Shown here: in pieces, positions 1 to 10,124 of the stretch
Layout: each line of letters opens with the position of its first letter
Position numbering within the stretch: the stretch's first letter is position 1
From: Acholeplasmataceae bacterium
GTDB lineage: Bacteria > Bacillota_I > Bacilli_A > ML615J-28 > CAG-313
Length of the DNA stretch: 64,000 bases
Assembly: GCA_012838545.1 (NCBI GenBank)
Contig: DUPC01000017.1
Coordinates: 9,202-73,201, forward strand
Direction of reading: 5' to 3'
Program-made: the position numbers and the translations under genes
Notes under the pieces: model-generated
The model's input: only the letters and a program-made list of their open reading frames with translations
Told to the model about the DNA's origin: nothing
Databases searched by the model: none

Positions 1-2133
1 ATAATCAGCAAACCGAACAATATAATCATAAATCTCTTCCGCTACCGTTTTTTTATAACCCCGGTTGACAGCCGCATTCACAAACGGATGCCGTTCTTTT
101 TCCAAAACGTCGCGGTTTTTTTTGGCTACCGCTCGACGCAGAACATCGGCTTGTCCCAAAGTATAGCCGGCAAATTTTCTGGCAATCAATAGGATTTGTT
201 CTTGATACACCAGCGTTCCGTAGGTTTCTTTCAGAATCGGTTCCAAATCAGGATGTAGATAATTGATTGGCTCTTTTCCTTTTTTCCTTGCCACTACCTG
301 CGGAACCATTTCCAGCGGACCAGGCCGGTACAAAGCCAAGGCAAGCGTTAAATCCGAGAAATGATTAACGGTTAAATCTATCAACATTTTTCTCATGCCT
401 TGGGATTCCAATTGGAACACTCCCGTGGTCAACCCGTTGGAAAGCATCCTGAACGTTTTGGCATCCCGAAAATCATTAGGCAGGGAAAACCCCGGAAAGT
501 CGTTTTGGATTAAATCGATAGTCTTCTTGATGTTGGAAAGGTTCTTTAAACTCAAAAAATCCATTTTCAAGAGCCCTAAAACTTCCAAATCGCTTGCTTC
601 ATATTGAGTTTGGTAAATCCCGTTCATCCCCTTATCAAGAGGAGTATGGTAAAGCAAATTATCCTTGGTAATCACAATCCCCGCCGCATGCGTCGAGGTG
701 TTGCGCGGCAAACCTTCGAGTTTTGAAGCTAAGGTTATTACTTGCTTTATATCGGGGTATAATTCGACCAGATTCTTTAACCTAGCATTTTTTGCTAAAA
801 TGGTTTCTAAGGATTCGTCGCTGCTACCAATAATTTTTAGTAATTCATTCAACCTGGTTTCCGGCAATTTGACGATTTTGGCTACTTCCCTAATCGACGA
901 TCTTAACTGAAAAGTGCCAAAAGTACATATATGCGCAACGCGGTTTTGGCCATACTTTTCTCCGACATATTTTATTACCGTATCGCGAGCATCATCCGGA
1001 AAATCGATGTCAATATCGGGCATCGTAATCCTTTCCGGATTCAAAAATCGTTCAAACAACAATCCATAATCAAGCGGATCGATTTGGGTAATCCCCAAAC
1101 AGTAACTGACAAGGCTGGCGGGGGCGGAACCACGTCCGGGTCCGACATATATCCCTTCGTTTTTAGCATATTTAATAAAATCCCAAACAATTAAAAAATA
1201 ATCGGAATAGCCCATTATTTTGATTGTGGCCAGCTCATGCATCAGGCGTTCGTAATAAGTTTCATGTAAGTGTTCTTTTTTCGTTAAACTCAAGCGTTTC
1301 GCCAAACCCTTGACGCATAAGGAATGTAAATATGAGTCGCTATCAATATCGGAAGCAAACTCGGGCATGTGGAAGGAAGAAAAATCGATTTCCACACGGC
1401 AAAGCCCTGCTACTTTTTGGGTATTTTGAAGTAATTCTTCGCAACCCGAAAACCGCTGAAGGTAATCGTCTTGGGAAAAAAAGAATAAATCGGTTTCGCT
1501 GGGAGGTAAAGGCGCTAAAGTACCGCTTTTAATAGCCTTAAGCATTTGGTATAATTCCCTGTCGTCTGGGTTCAGGTAACGAGCCCCATGAAGCGCAATC
1601 AAAGGAAGATTAAGGTTTGAAATAGCCTGTTGCAAACTTTCCAACAAAGTTGTTTCGGTTTCGTTTAAACTTAAGCCCATATAAAGGTGTTGGAAATATT
1701 GTTTTAAATCTTCCGTTTTTTTATATTTTCGGTTAATCAATTCATAAAAAAGCTTGGATTCTGCTCCGGGAACAATCGCAATCAAATCGCGACAACCGGC
1801 AAACAATTGTTCCCCTTCCACAAAACCATCGTTTATTTTGGCTAAACTTGCCAGTTGCATAAGGTTAAAATACCCGGAATTGTTCATCGCATAAAGCAAT
1901 AAATAATCAAATTCCTGTTCATAACGATATTTCAGTTTTAACCCGATGATTGGCTCAATGTTCGTTTTTTTGCATACCTGATAAAATTTTAAAACACCAT
2001 GCATATTGCCTTCATCAGTGATGGCAAGGTGGGTAAAGTGATTGTTGTGGGCTTCTTCGACTAATTGGGCGATTCTACAACAGGACTGAAACATTGAGTA
2101 TTCCGTCATGACATACAACGGTACGACCCTCAT
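1..2133 (-). CDS. dnaE: DNA polymerase III alpha subunit (DnaE type), 5' part; runs off the left edge
   Basis: Manual translation, absent from the ORF track because no stop lies in the window. Starts MRVVPLYVMTEYSMF (PHP domain) and contains GPGRGSAPASLVSYCLGITQIDPLDYGLLFERFLNPERITMPDIDIDF. It ends ...YIVRFADY at base 1 in the same frame. RBS AAGGAAGTG precedes the ATG at 2133. Confidence 0.97.
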   Translation of the reverse strand, partial: MRVVPLYVMTEYSMFQSCCRIAQLVEEAHNNHFTHLAITDEGNMHGVLKFYQVCKKTNIEPIIGLKLKYRYEQEFDYLLLYAMNNSGYFNLMQLASLAKINDGFVEGEQLFAGCRDLIAIVPGAESKLFYELINRKYKKTEDLKQYFQHLYMGLSLNETETTLLESLQQAISNLNLPLIALHGARYLNPDDRELYQMLKAIKSGTLAPLPPSETDLFFFSQDDYLQRFSGCEELLQNTQKVAGLCRVEIDFSSFHMPEFASDIDSDSYLHSLCVKGLAKRLSLTKKEHLHETYYERLMHELATIKIMGYSDYFLIVWDFIKYAKNEGIYVGPGRGSAPASLVSYCLGITQIDPLDYGLLFERFLNPERITMPDIDIDFPDDARDTVIKYVGEKYGQNRVAHICTFGTFQLRSSIREVAKIVKLPETRLNELLKIIGSSDESLETILAKNARLKNLVELYPDIKQVITLASKLEGLPRNTSTHAAGIVITKDNLLYHTPLDKGMNGIYQTQYEASDLEVLGLLKMDFLSLKNLSNIKKTIDLIQNDFPGFSLPNDFRDAKTFRMLSNGLTTGVFQLESQGMRKMLIDLTVNHFSDLTLALALYRPGPLEMVPQVVARKKGKEPINYLHPDLEPILKETYGTLVYQEQILLIARKFAGYTLGQADVLRRAVAKKNRDVLEKERHPFVNAAVNRGYKKTVAEEIYDYIVRFADY

Positions 2134-2158
2134 TGGCAATCACTTCCTTTTTTATTTT

Positions 2159-2187
2159 AGTATATCATAATCATTTTTCCTTTTCAA
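2159..2187 (-). promoter_or_regulatory. SigA-type promoter of dnaE
   Basis: TTGAAA-N17-TATACT with TG just upstream of the -10, about 25 nt before the dnaE start. Confidence 0.65.
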
Positions 2188-2198
2188 GTAGATAAAAG

Positions 2199-2227
2199 AA
2201 AAAACCAGATTTCTTCGCGAAATCTGG
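2199..2227 (-). terminator. Rho-independent terminator after the two surface-protein genes
   Basis: Perfect 9-bp stem CCAGATTTC/GAAATCTGG followed by a T-run on the minus strand. Confidence 0.75.
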
Positions 2228-2234
2228 CCTTTTT

Positions 2235-4463
2235 TTAGTCATTTTCCCTAAATTTGTCGCGTCTCTTTTTTAAGAGATTTACCCCAAAAAGCACAACAAT
2301 CAGAGCGGTAAGCCCCAGGGAAATTGTCAAAGTAAAATAATTGCTTTTCTTCTGATAACGGGAAGTGATGTTTTGAGAAAGAACTGTTATTTCCTGAGGG
2401 TTTATGGATTTACTTGTGGTATCTACTTCCAAGATAACCTCTTCAATTAACCTTCCGGATCGGTTAAAGGTAATATTGGCGAAAGAAACTTTCGTTTTGG
2501 CAAAATAACCTTGATAGATAAACAGCTGTTTTCTTTGCATGATTCCGTTGCCCCGTTCCACCAAGGAATTGATTTCTATTCGGTATATACCTTTTTCTGG
2601 TAAATTTAAATCCAATTTCTCATTTACCAAAAAAATTTGCTTGGTAACAATTGCCTGGTTATTTTTATATACTACTAATTCCAGTGCCGCCAAACTATTA
2701 TCCGGATCTCTTACGTCAAAAGTAAGTTTTAAAGCATCGGTCGCTTCTTCCTTGACGATAATCTCCGGTGCTTTTCTTAAGACCGCTGTCCTAAGGGTTT
2801 TATTGATCGGAATGACTTGACCTTGATTGCTTATAGCTTGCGTGATTTCAAAAGCAGTAACTCCTTCCTCGTTGGGGAAAAGTTCCAACATTAAAGTCTT
2901 ATCGTTTTTCGTAAATGGATGCGAAGAACCGTTAACAATTATTTGCGATATTTCCACAAAAAAAGCCAATTCCACTTGAACCGAAACACTTTTACCTTTT
3001 TCAACATAATAATCCGCTAAGATGTGACCACCTTTTCGAGGATAATTGTCAACAACATAAAACAGGAAAGTTTCTTCAAACCCATATCCGTCTAAAATTA
3101 CCAATTCGTATTCACCGGGAGTTTCGATGGTATATCCGCTCAGAATGCGTTCGCCATTTAAATGGCCTTTGCCAAAAAAAGCCAAAGTAAAAGGAATCCC
3201 GTATACACCTTGATTGATGACGTTGACATACGGTAAAACAATCACCTTTTGCGTAAGTTCGATGGTTTTTTTGTTTAAACGGTTGACTACGTAGGTTGCT
3301 AAATACTCACCCGGCAGGGTCTTCACAAAAAAAGGATCAACTTCCTTAACCTTGACAGTTAAAGGTTCAAAATAAGATTCAACATCGATATTTTTCGTTA
3401 GGTCTTCTTCATCCAGATAGGAAAGAAAAAGCGGTTCATTTTGGTTGATGTGATATTCCTCAATTGTTTTTTTGATTATTTCTTCGCCGTTTTTCAAATA
3501 AGCGACCAAACAGCCCTCCTCAATACCGAAGTCGATTAATTGGCCCTTAGCTATCGTTTTGTCATCTTCAACCATTTGATTAGCCACATCCCAAAAAACA
3601 CCTTCGGTTGTTTCCTTTAACAAAACAAAAAAACCACTCGGGGATAATATTCCCCGTATTTTTTCCAAATCATTCCACAGTATATGTTCCGTACAAGTTA
3701 AATCTAAAGCTAATCGATAATAATGATAGGCGCTTTTGGTTTGTAAGAGGAAGTAGATTCCGGTTGCGTTTATATAGGCATCGAAAGAGTGTTCGCTTCC
3801 TGCTTCATGGTTAAAGTAAACCGATTGCTCGATTTGGAAATCCCTATTTAACCGACAAACAAAAGGTTTTCTTTCCCCTTGGCTTCCGACATTGGCAAAA
3901 GGGCCATTCAAACTATGAGCATCCTTCTGACCTATGACATAAGGTATATCGTTTAACCATAACAAATGGGTAAATTGTTCAAATGCTTCCCCTCCAAAAG
4001 AGTAAGTCTTGAGTTCCGCAAAAGCATAGTTCATTTTAACAATTAAAGCATCGTTATCCTTTTCGCCCACCAGCCAAAGGTTTGCATCATGTATCTGCAT
4101 TTGATTGATTGTACCGTATGAATGCGCTTCTTTTTCCGCTTGAAAACTATTCAAACTTATTTTGTAAAGATAATCGGCTGTAGCCAGCCACAAATAGTCT
4201 TTCTCCCAAGCATGTGCTTGATAAATTCCCTCTATCGTTAAAACAAGGCTCTTATTATAGTAAAGTTTAATCAAGTTTTTTCCTTGGTTTGTTGATAACG
4301 TTAGAAAATAATCGCCCCAAATTTCCCTAATTTGTTCTTCGGTAAAAACTTTGTCCAAGAAAACTTCTTCCGTAACTTCGCTATACGCCCAAGGATTTAA
4401 AAGCGGTAGTTTTAAAAACAAAAAACAAATGAATGGGATTAACAATAAACGATATTTTTTCAT
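2235..4463 (-). CDS. Secreted, C-terminally membrane-anchored hypothetical protein (probable beta-propeller plus Ig-like domains)
   Basis: ORF 2235..4538; likely start MKKYR at 4463 with RBS AAGGTGA. Has a signal-peptide-like N-terminus, beta-rich repeats and a C-terminal TM helix with basic tail (LLKKRRDK). Shares a module with the upstream gene. Confidence 0.75.
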   Translation of the reverse strand: MKKYRLLLIPFICFLFLKLPLLNPWAYSEVTEEVFLDKVFTEEQIREIWGDYFLTLSTNQGKNLIKLYYNKSLVLTIEGIYQAHAWEKDYLWLATADYLYKISLNSFQAEKEAHSYGTINQMQIHDANLWLVGEKDNDALIVKMNYAFAELKTYSFGGEAFEQFTHLLWLNDIPYVIGQKDAHSLNGPFANVGSQGERKPFVCRLNRDFQIEQSVYFNHEAGSEHSFDAYINATGIYFLLQTKSAYHYYRLALDLTCTEHILWNDLEKIRGILSPSGFFVLLKETTEGVFWDVANQMVEDDKTIAKGQLIDFGIEEGCLVAYLKNGEEIIKKTIEEYHINQNEPLFLSYLDEEDLTKNIDVESYFEPLTVKVKEVDPFFVKTLPGEYLATYVVNRLNKKTIELTQKVIVLPYVNVINQGVYGIPFTLAFFGKGHLNGERILSGYTIETPGEYELVILDGYGFEETFLFYVVDNYPRKGGHILADYYVEKGKSVSVQVELAFFVEISQIIVNGSSHPFTKNDKTLMLELFPNEEGVTAFEITQAISNQGQVIPINKTLRTAVLRKAPEIIVKEEATDALKLTFDVRDPDNSLAALELVVYKNNQAIVTKQIFLVNEKLDLNLPEKGIYRIEINSLVERGNGIMQRKQLFIYQGYFAKTKVSFANITFNRSGRLIEEVILEVDTTSKSINPQEITVLSQNITSRYQKKSNYFTLTISLGLTALIVVLFGVNLLKKRRDKFREND

Positions 4464-4468
4464 CGTTA

Positions 4469-6439
4469 TCACCTTTTCATGCGGGCCACAAAAACCGCCC
4501 CGGCTATCAAAGCGCTTAGAGGAAGCAGCCACACCCAATCGCTTTCGGAAGTAGTTAAGAAGTTGCCGGCGTTATCAACGTTTTTTATAAAATCAAAACG
4601 GGCTTCTTCGGTATCCGTTTCTGCAACGGTTACTTTCGTGTCTGGCTTTTCTTGGGGTTCGCTAATTCCTGCTTGGAGCGAGATTTGCGCAACAGTAAAC
4701 TTTTTCGAAATGACTTGGCCGTCTTTTCCGGTTAATTCCAAAATGTAGTCACCGGTTTGATTTAGGCGAATACCGCTCACGGTTTCTTCTCCGTTAAGTT
4801 TTCCCAAACCGTTAAATTCGATTTTTACCCCCACGTCATAAACTTGATTGTTCTCCACGCTCACCGAAGGCAATACAACCCAATTTCGTCCCACAACCAG
4901 TTGAACCATGTCATGGGTAAAAACATAATAACCCGGATAGGTTCCAAACAAAGCCAAAGATTCAGGCAATTTAGATTGTGTTTCATCATGGCAAATCGTT
5001 TCGAGATTCAACATCGCTTGGTAATCGTGTTTGGGTCCTCTTTCCGTTACTTCTTCGCAACCCCAGGAATCGATTTTCAAATAATCGATTTGGACCACCG
5101 CTGTTTGTAGAATTTCCGGATTGTTTGCGATGATATAACGATAACCGCCGTTTACAAACTGCGGGTTTCGAATATTTTCGGTTTTTAATTGATAACAGGT
5201 TAAATCTGTTTCTTGTCCAAGTTGTTTATAATGGATAAACGGTTGGTTGTTATTTATCGTTAAATAACCTAAGAAACCGTTGTCCGTAACATATATATCC
5301 ACAACATTCTTTTCGAGATTTTTAAAACCATCCGCTACCTCAAAAGTTAAATCGGCTTCGACTTGATATAAGGTTTCTTTAAAACTTTGGTTGGCATAGT
5401 GGAAATAACGGACAAGCAAATAGATTTTATCGCCGGTTTTTAGAAAGTTTAAGGGAATTGACTGATAGGGATGTTGATATTTTATTTCTGAAATAATATT
5501 ACCCAAAAAATCGATTTTGACAGTTTTAAATTGGGCATAGGTTCCGTCCGGAAACGGATTGTAATTTTGCGTAAGATATAAAAAATTATCTTTCAGAACC
5601 ACATGGGAAAATAAATCGTCGCCTTCGAGAGGATAGGTTTTGACCATTTTTAAGGAAAGCGAAGATTTGTCGACTTGCGCCAAAAAGGCATCTTTGCCTT
5701 TGCGTCCTAGGTCGAACGGAGTTTCATTGGAAGTCGTCCAACCTGCCAAAAAGTACGAATTATTGCTTGCCACAAGATCCATTCCCTTTACTTCACCTTT
5801 AGTTGACAATTCAATCCGATCGATTTTTCGTGTTTCCAAATTAACCCGAAACATCCAAAGAACCCATTCGCCTTTGATGGTACGATAACGGCCTGTTCCT
5901 ACCAAGAAACCCGAATCATAGATCATCTGGGTTACTTCGGTAAAGGTGTTGTAATATAAAAGCAACGAATATTTGAGGGTATTTTCCTCCATAATGTTAA
6001 TAAAAACATTGTGAGGAGGAAATTGAGGATTACGTTCATGGTATTTGTAAGCATATGCATAGGTTTTTTCGTCAATCATGCAACTGGCATACAGTTCATC
6101 ATAATAGGTGGGATTTTCTTCGGGTACAAAAGCATTTTCCAAAAAGTATTCATTTTTATCCTTAGGGAAAACCGTTACTGGTTTTTTCACCAAAGTGCCG
6201 TCAACTGCTTGATAGGTAACCAAGTAATCACCCGGTTGGCCAAGGTTAACGTTACTATTTACAATTTGGTACCCCGAATAGGTTAATTGTTCGTAAGCGT
6301 CTACGCCTTCCACCGCCCAAAGGGGTTTTTTTACTTCTTCTATACTTACAGAATCTTCCCCAAACACAAGCATTGGAATACTTATGGACCAAATTAAGGT
6401 AAGTGTAACAATCAAAATAATGATTACGGTCTGTTTCAT
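4469..6439 (-). CDS. Secreted, C-terminally membrane-anchored hypothetical protein (N-terminal Ig-like domain, probable beta-propeller)
   Basis: ORF 4469..6457; likely start MKQTV at 6439 after RBS GAGGTG. Has a signal peptide, an Ig-like NVNLGQPGDYLVTY motif and a C-terminal TM helix. Confidence 0.75.
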   Translation of the reverse strand: MKQTVIIILIVTLTLIWSISIPMLVFGEDSVSIEEVKKPLWAVEGVDAYEQLTYSGYQIVNSNVNLGQPGDYLVTYQAVDGTLVKKPVTVFPKDKNEYFLENAFVPEENPTYYDELYASCMIDEKTYAYAYKYHERNPQFPPHNVFINIMEENTLKYSLLLYYNTFTEVTQMIYDSGFLVGTGRYRTIKGEWVLWMFRVNLETRKIDRIELSTKGEVKGMDLVASNNSYFLAGWTTSNETPFDLGRKGKDAFLAQVDKSSLSLKMVKTYPLEGDDLFSHVVLKDNFLYLTQNYNPFPDGTYAQFKTVKIDFLGNIISEIKYQHPYQSIPLNFLKTGDKIYLLVRYFHYANQSFKETLYQVEADLTFEVADGFKNLEKNVVDIYVTDNGFLGYLTINNNQPFIHYKQLGQETDLTCYQLKTENIRNPQFVNGGYRYIIANNPEILQTAVVQIDYLKIDSWGCEEVTERGPKHDYQAMLNLETICHDETQSKLPESLALFGTYPGYYVFTHDMVQLVVGRNWVVLPSVSVENNQVYDVGVKIEFNGLGKLNGEETVSGIRLNQTGDYILELTGKDGQVISKKFTVAQISLQAGISEPQEKPDTKVTVAETDTEEARFDFIKNVDNAGNFLTTSESDWVWLLPLSALIAGAVFVARMKR

Positions 6440-6515
6440 TTCTTCACCTCTTTTCATACCGATAATACGTATTTCGAGGGTGCATTCTTTCTTGAAACAA
6501 TTAGGGTCCTAAAAT

Positions 6516-6543
6516 AAGAAAAACCCCTTTTCGGGGTTTTGAT
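6516..6543 (-). terminator. Rho-independent terminator of the ackA operon
   Basis: AAAAACCCC-loop-GGGGTTTTT hairpin just downstream of the ackA stop. Confidence 0.7.
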
Positions 6544-6557
6544 AACTTATATCTTTC

Positions 6558-7796
6558 TTAAATTTGAGTTTGACCGTATCCCAAACGCATGACGTCTAAA
6601 GCTATCATCAATTCTTCATTGGTTGGAATGACCAAAACTTTGACTTTGGAATGAGGGAGCGACAAATCCAAGAATTCGCCTTTGATTTTGTTTAATTCTT
6701 TATCGATATAAACCCCGAAGGCTTCCGACAAGCGGTCGCATATTTCTTCTCGGGTTTGAGGGGATTTTTCACCGATTCCGGCAGTAAAGATTATCGCATC
6801 AAGTCCGCCCATGTAACCATAATAGCTGGAAATAAAATCGCAGATGCTCTTGTTTTGCATGTTAATAACTAAATCGGCAAGTTGGTTGCCTGCTTCCTGG
6901 GCATCCCGCAAATCCCGGGCATCGCTTGATTCTTTGTAAATGCCGATGTAACCGGATTTCTTATTGAGAATACTGGTTATTTCATGAATATCCAAGTTTT
7001 CTTTTTTGGCGATAAATTCAATGATTGCCGGGTCAATCGAACCGGAACGCGTGCCCATCGGAATTCCCGCCAAAGGAGTAAAGCCCATCGAAGTATCGAC
7101 ACATTTGCCCTGCTTTATAGCCGCAAGCGATCCTCCGTTGCCGATATGAGCAGTAATAAGTTTTAATTCTTCCAATGGTCTTTTTAAGTATTTAGCCGCT
7201 TGCATAGCAACATATTTGTGGGAAGTACCGTGGAAACCGTACTTTCTAACGCCGTATTTTTCATACCATTCATATGGCACCGCATACATATAAGATTCCG
7301 CCGGCATGGTTTGATGGAATGAAGTGTCAAACACGACTACTTGCACAACATTCGGCAAAATTTTTCTGAATGCTTTAATGCCGATTAAGTTGGCAGGGTT
7401 ATGAAGCGGGGCAAGATCGGAGATTCTTTCGATTTCCTTTATTACTGCTTCATCGATAATGGCGGAGTCTTTGAAGTTTTCCCCACCGTGAACGACCCGG
7501 TGACCGACACCGTCGATTTCGTCGATGCTTGAAACAATGCCTTTGGCAATCAAAGTCTCAATTAAGATTTTTACCGCCGTCGCATGATCCCGCAAATCCA
7601 CTCTTTTGGTTTCTTTGACTAAATTGATTCCGTCCGGTTTAAATTTAATCGTAATTTGAGCATAATCTAACCCAATTCGTTCGAATAATCCTTCAATTAA
7701 AACTTCTTCCTCTTTCCCCTCACCCTTCATAGGCATATTTAGTAATTGGAATTTTAGCGAGCTACTCCCCGCATTCACAGCCATTATTTTTTTCAT
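6558..7796 (-). CDS. ackA: Acetate kinase
   Basis: Motifs VNAGSSSLKFQL, GHRVVHGG, LAPLHNPAN, FDTSFHQT, YGFHGTSH, HIGNGGS, DTSMGFTPLAG, FTAGIGE and PTNEEL. Confidence 0.98.
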   Translation of the reverse strand: MKKIMAVNAGSSSLKFQLLNMPMKGEGKEEEVLIEGLFERIGLDYAQITIKFKPDGINLVKETKRVDLRDHATAVKILIETLIAKGIVSSIDEIDGVGHRVVHGGENFKDSAIIDEAVIKEIERISDLAPLHNPANLIGIKAFRKILPNVVQVVVFDTSFHQTMPAESYMYAVPYEWYEKYGVRKYGFHGTSHKYVAMQAAKYLKRPLEELKLITAHIGNGGSLAAIKQGKCVDTSMGFTPLAGIPMGTRSGSIDPAIIEFIAKKENLDIHEITSILNKKSGYIGIYKESSDARDLRDAQEAGNQLADLVINMQNKSICDFISSYYGYMGGLDAIIFTAGIGEKSPQTREEICDRLSEAFGVYIDKELNKIKGEFLDLSLPHSKVKVLVIPTNEELMIALDVMRLGYGQTQI

Positions 7797-7803
7797 ATTT
7801 CAT

Positions 7804-8709
7804 TCACTCCTTAATGTATGCTCTGATGTCCGATAATGTCTTTTGTAAAAATTGGGAGTCATTGATGTTCGGCAAAGCAAAGACGCCCATTTCGGTTATT
7901 TTTTTTGTTTTGGTAAGAATTAAGAATGCTTTTTTGACGCGTTCGTTTTGGAAGAAAGCATCGGGCAAAAGCACAAACGCCGCAAGTTGGCTAACCTTGT
8001 TGATTTGTTCTTTGAAATAGCTTATTCCCGGACCCTTAAAAAACGAAGCATCGACCAAATACAAACTTGCTTCCGCATTCGTTAAACTTTCCAGTTCAAT
8101 AATCGTTTGAAAGGGATTTAACACGACTTCGCTACGGATATCGCCGATAACCAAATCGCTATAGTCATTTAGCTTTTTCCAATCGGTTATTTTTTTGACT
8201 TCCAAAGGCTGATTCAATAACAAGGCTTTTTCGGTTAAATACCGACCAATCAATTCATCATTTTCGATTGCTTGAAAGATTAGATTAGGATGCTTCCATA
8301 TCAAAGATTGGTTAAAGAAAAAGTGACCGACGCCAAAATTAACACCCACCACGGTTTGTGGGTTTTCGTAATCAAGGAATGGCGCCAAAATGAATCCGGA
8401 CAATAGAGAAATACCGTCCGGAACCAAACAATCCAAAACATAGTTTTGGTGTTTTAGACCCTTTACTTCAACAAAAAAGAGAGCTTGTTGAATTATATCA
8501 AGCGAACCTCTTTTCAGTAAAGCGATAAAATCATGGGAATCCTCTTGCGTATTGATCCATTCATCTTCGGTACGCAAAAATTCCAACACTTTTGTGAGGG
8601 CTTCGAAATAGTAAAGACGGCGTTTTTGACTATGTTCGTCATAATAAGCCATTGCCAGCGAATCAATTAAATCGGCGATTTGGTTAATGGTTTGATTAAT
8701 CTCTTTCAT
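7804..8709 (-). CDS. YtxK-like class I SAM-dependent methyltransferase homologue with degenerate motifs
   Basis: Sits directly upstream of ackA, as ytxK does in Bacillus. Residual similarity in LVPDGISLL, IENDELI and FVLLPDAFFQNERVKKAFLILTK; the SAM motif is eroded. Confidence 0.6.
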   Translation of the reverse strand: MKEINQTINQIADLIDSLAMAYYDEHSQKRRLYYFEALTKVLEFLRTEDEWINTQEDSHDFIALLKRGSLDIIQQALFFVEVKGLKHQNYVLDCLVPDGISLLSGFILAPFLDYENPQTVVGVNFGVGHFFFNQSLIWKHPNLIFQAIENDELIGRYLTEKALLLNQPLEVKKITDWKKLNDYSDLVIGDIRSEVVLNPFQTIIELESLTNAEASLYLVDASFFKGPGISYFKEQINKVSQLAAFVLLPDAFFQNERVKKAFLILTKTKKITEMGVFALPNINDSQFLQKTLSDIRAYIKE

Positions 8710-8715
8710 AACATT

Positions 8716-9981
8716 CTACGCATTATCGATTATTCTTTTGGCAATGGCATTTCCGACGACATAACCGCTGGACCAAGCCCATTGGAGGTTAAATCCGCCA
8801 CATTCCCCGTCAACATTCAATACTTCCCCACAAACATAAAGGCGCGAAACTTTCCTAGCTTCGAGGGTTTCTTGCACCACTTCCTTGACGTCCAAACCGC
8901 CAACCGTAACTTGCGCACGATCAAAATCGTAATAGCCCTTAACGTCAAAATCAAATTCTTTGATGGCGCTGGCAATTTTGTTTAAATCTTTTTTCGTCAA
9001 ATCTTTGGTATAGCCGTCTAATTGGATTTTGCAGCGTTGTTTGAGGATATTGCGAACCAACATCTTATGGAACATTCCGGTTAGGAAGTTTTCCACTTCT
9101 TCATTGCCGATATGGGCTAAACGCCGTTCAAGATGGTCGACTATTTCTTCTTCGGTCATGTGCGGAATCAAATCCAAAGATATTTTGACTTCTTTTGGTG
9201 AATATTTTCGCGCGATTTGGCTTTGGAGTTGCATGACGACAATGCCGGATAAACCTTTTTCTTTAAATTGTACTTCCCCGTCTTCGGTCCAAATTGCTTC
9301 TTTTTTATCCTTTTTAAAAGTCTTTTTAAGGTATAAATTGACCTTTGCTTTCATTCGTAAACCGCTTAAGCCTTTGACTTGGCCTTCGTCAACAATTACC
9401 CCGGTCAAGCCGGGAAAACAATCGGTTATTTTCATCTTCTGTTTTTTAAGCAAATTGAAGCCTGAACCGTTGGAACCGTGAACCGGTACGGCTTTCCCGC
9501 CGGCGGCTACAACCACATAATCGGCTTCTTGAACTAAACGGTTTTTGCTTTCAATCGCGAAACGGTCGTTATTTTTGTAAATCCTATTTACGTCGAAATT
9601 TACCCTTTCCACAATTCCTAAGCGTTTTGCTTCATTCCGCAAAACATCTAAGACAGAATTGGCATTTTCGGAAAGGGGATAGTAGCGACCCGCCTCATCC
9701 ATTCGATATAATAGACCGATCGAATTAAAGAATTCGAGCGTTTTGGAAACATTAAACTGTTTCAAAATCGGTTTGACAAAACTGGGGTTATTATATTTGT
9801 TTTCCGATACATGCTTGTTAGTGAAATTGCATCGGCCGTTTCCGGTAACAAGAATCTTTTTACCCACTTTTTCCAGACGCTCTAAAATGGTGACATTTGC
9901 CTGGTCTTGGACTTTGCTTTTAACGATAATAGCCGCCATTAAACCCGATGCTCCACCACCAATGATAACTACATCTTTCAT
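8716..9981 (-). CDS. NAD(P)/FAD-dependent oxidoreductase, HI0933/BaiN/YtfP family
   Basis: GGGASG Rossmann motif, GKKILVTGNGRCNFTN, AQVTVGGL and GEVLNVDGECGGFNLQWAWSSG. Confidence 0.93.
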   Translation of the reverse strand: MKDVVIIGGGASGLMAAIIVKSKVQDQANVTILERLEKVGKKILVTGNGRCNFTNKHVSENKYNNPSFVKPILKQFNVSKTLEFFNSIGLLYRMDEAGRYYPLSENANSVLDVLRNEAKRLGIVERVNFDVNRIYKNNDRFAIESKNRLVQEADYVVVAAGGKAVPVHGSNGSGFNLLKKQKMKITDCFPGLTGVIVDEGQVKGLSGLRMKAKVNLYLKKTFKKDKKEAIWTEDGEVQFKEKGLSGIVVMQLQSQIARKYSPKEVKISLDLIPHMTEEEIVDHLERRLAHIGNEEVENFLTGMFHKMLVRNILKQRCKIQLDGYTKDLTKKDLNKIASAIKEFDFDVKGYYDFDRAQVTVGGLDVKEVVQETLEARKVSRLYVCGEVLNVDGECGGFNLQWAWSSGYVVGNAIAKRIIDNA

Positions 9982-10124
9982 GGATCACCTCTATCGTACT
10001 TTTTCAATTTATTATACCACATTTTACTTTTTTTTGCCTTAGATTGCATAAGCAAAAAATGTTACCTTTTTCGTCCTATTTTACCGGGATTATTGGTATA
10101 ATGCATTAAAAAGCAGAAAAGAAA

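Noticed and set aside
395-1532. Short plus-strand ORFs in the first 2 kb
   Set aside because: They are antisense shadows of dnaE, which the ORF track missed because it runs off the window edge.
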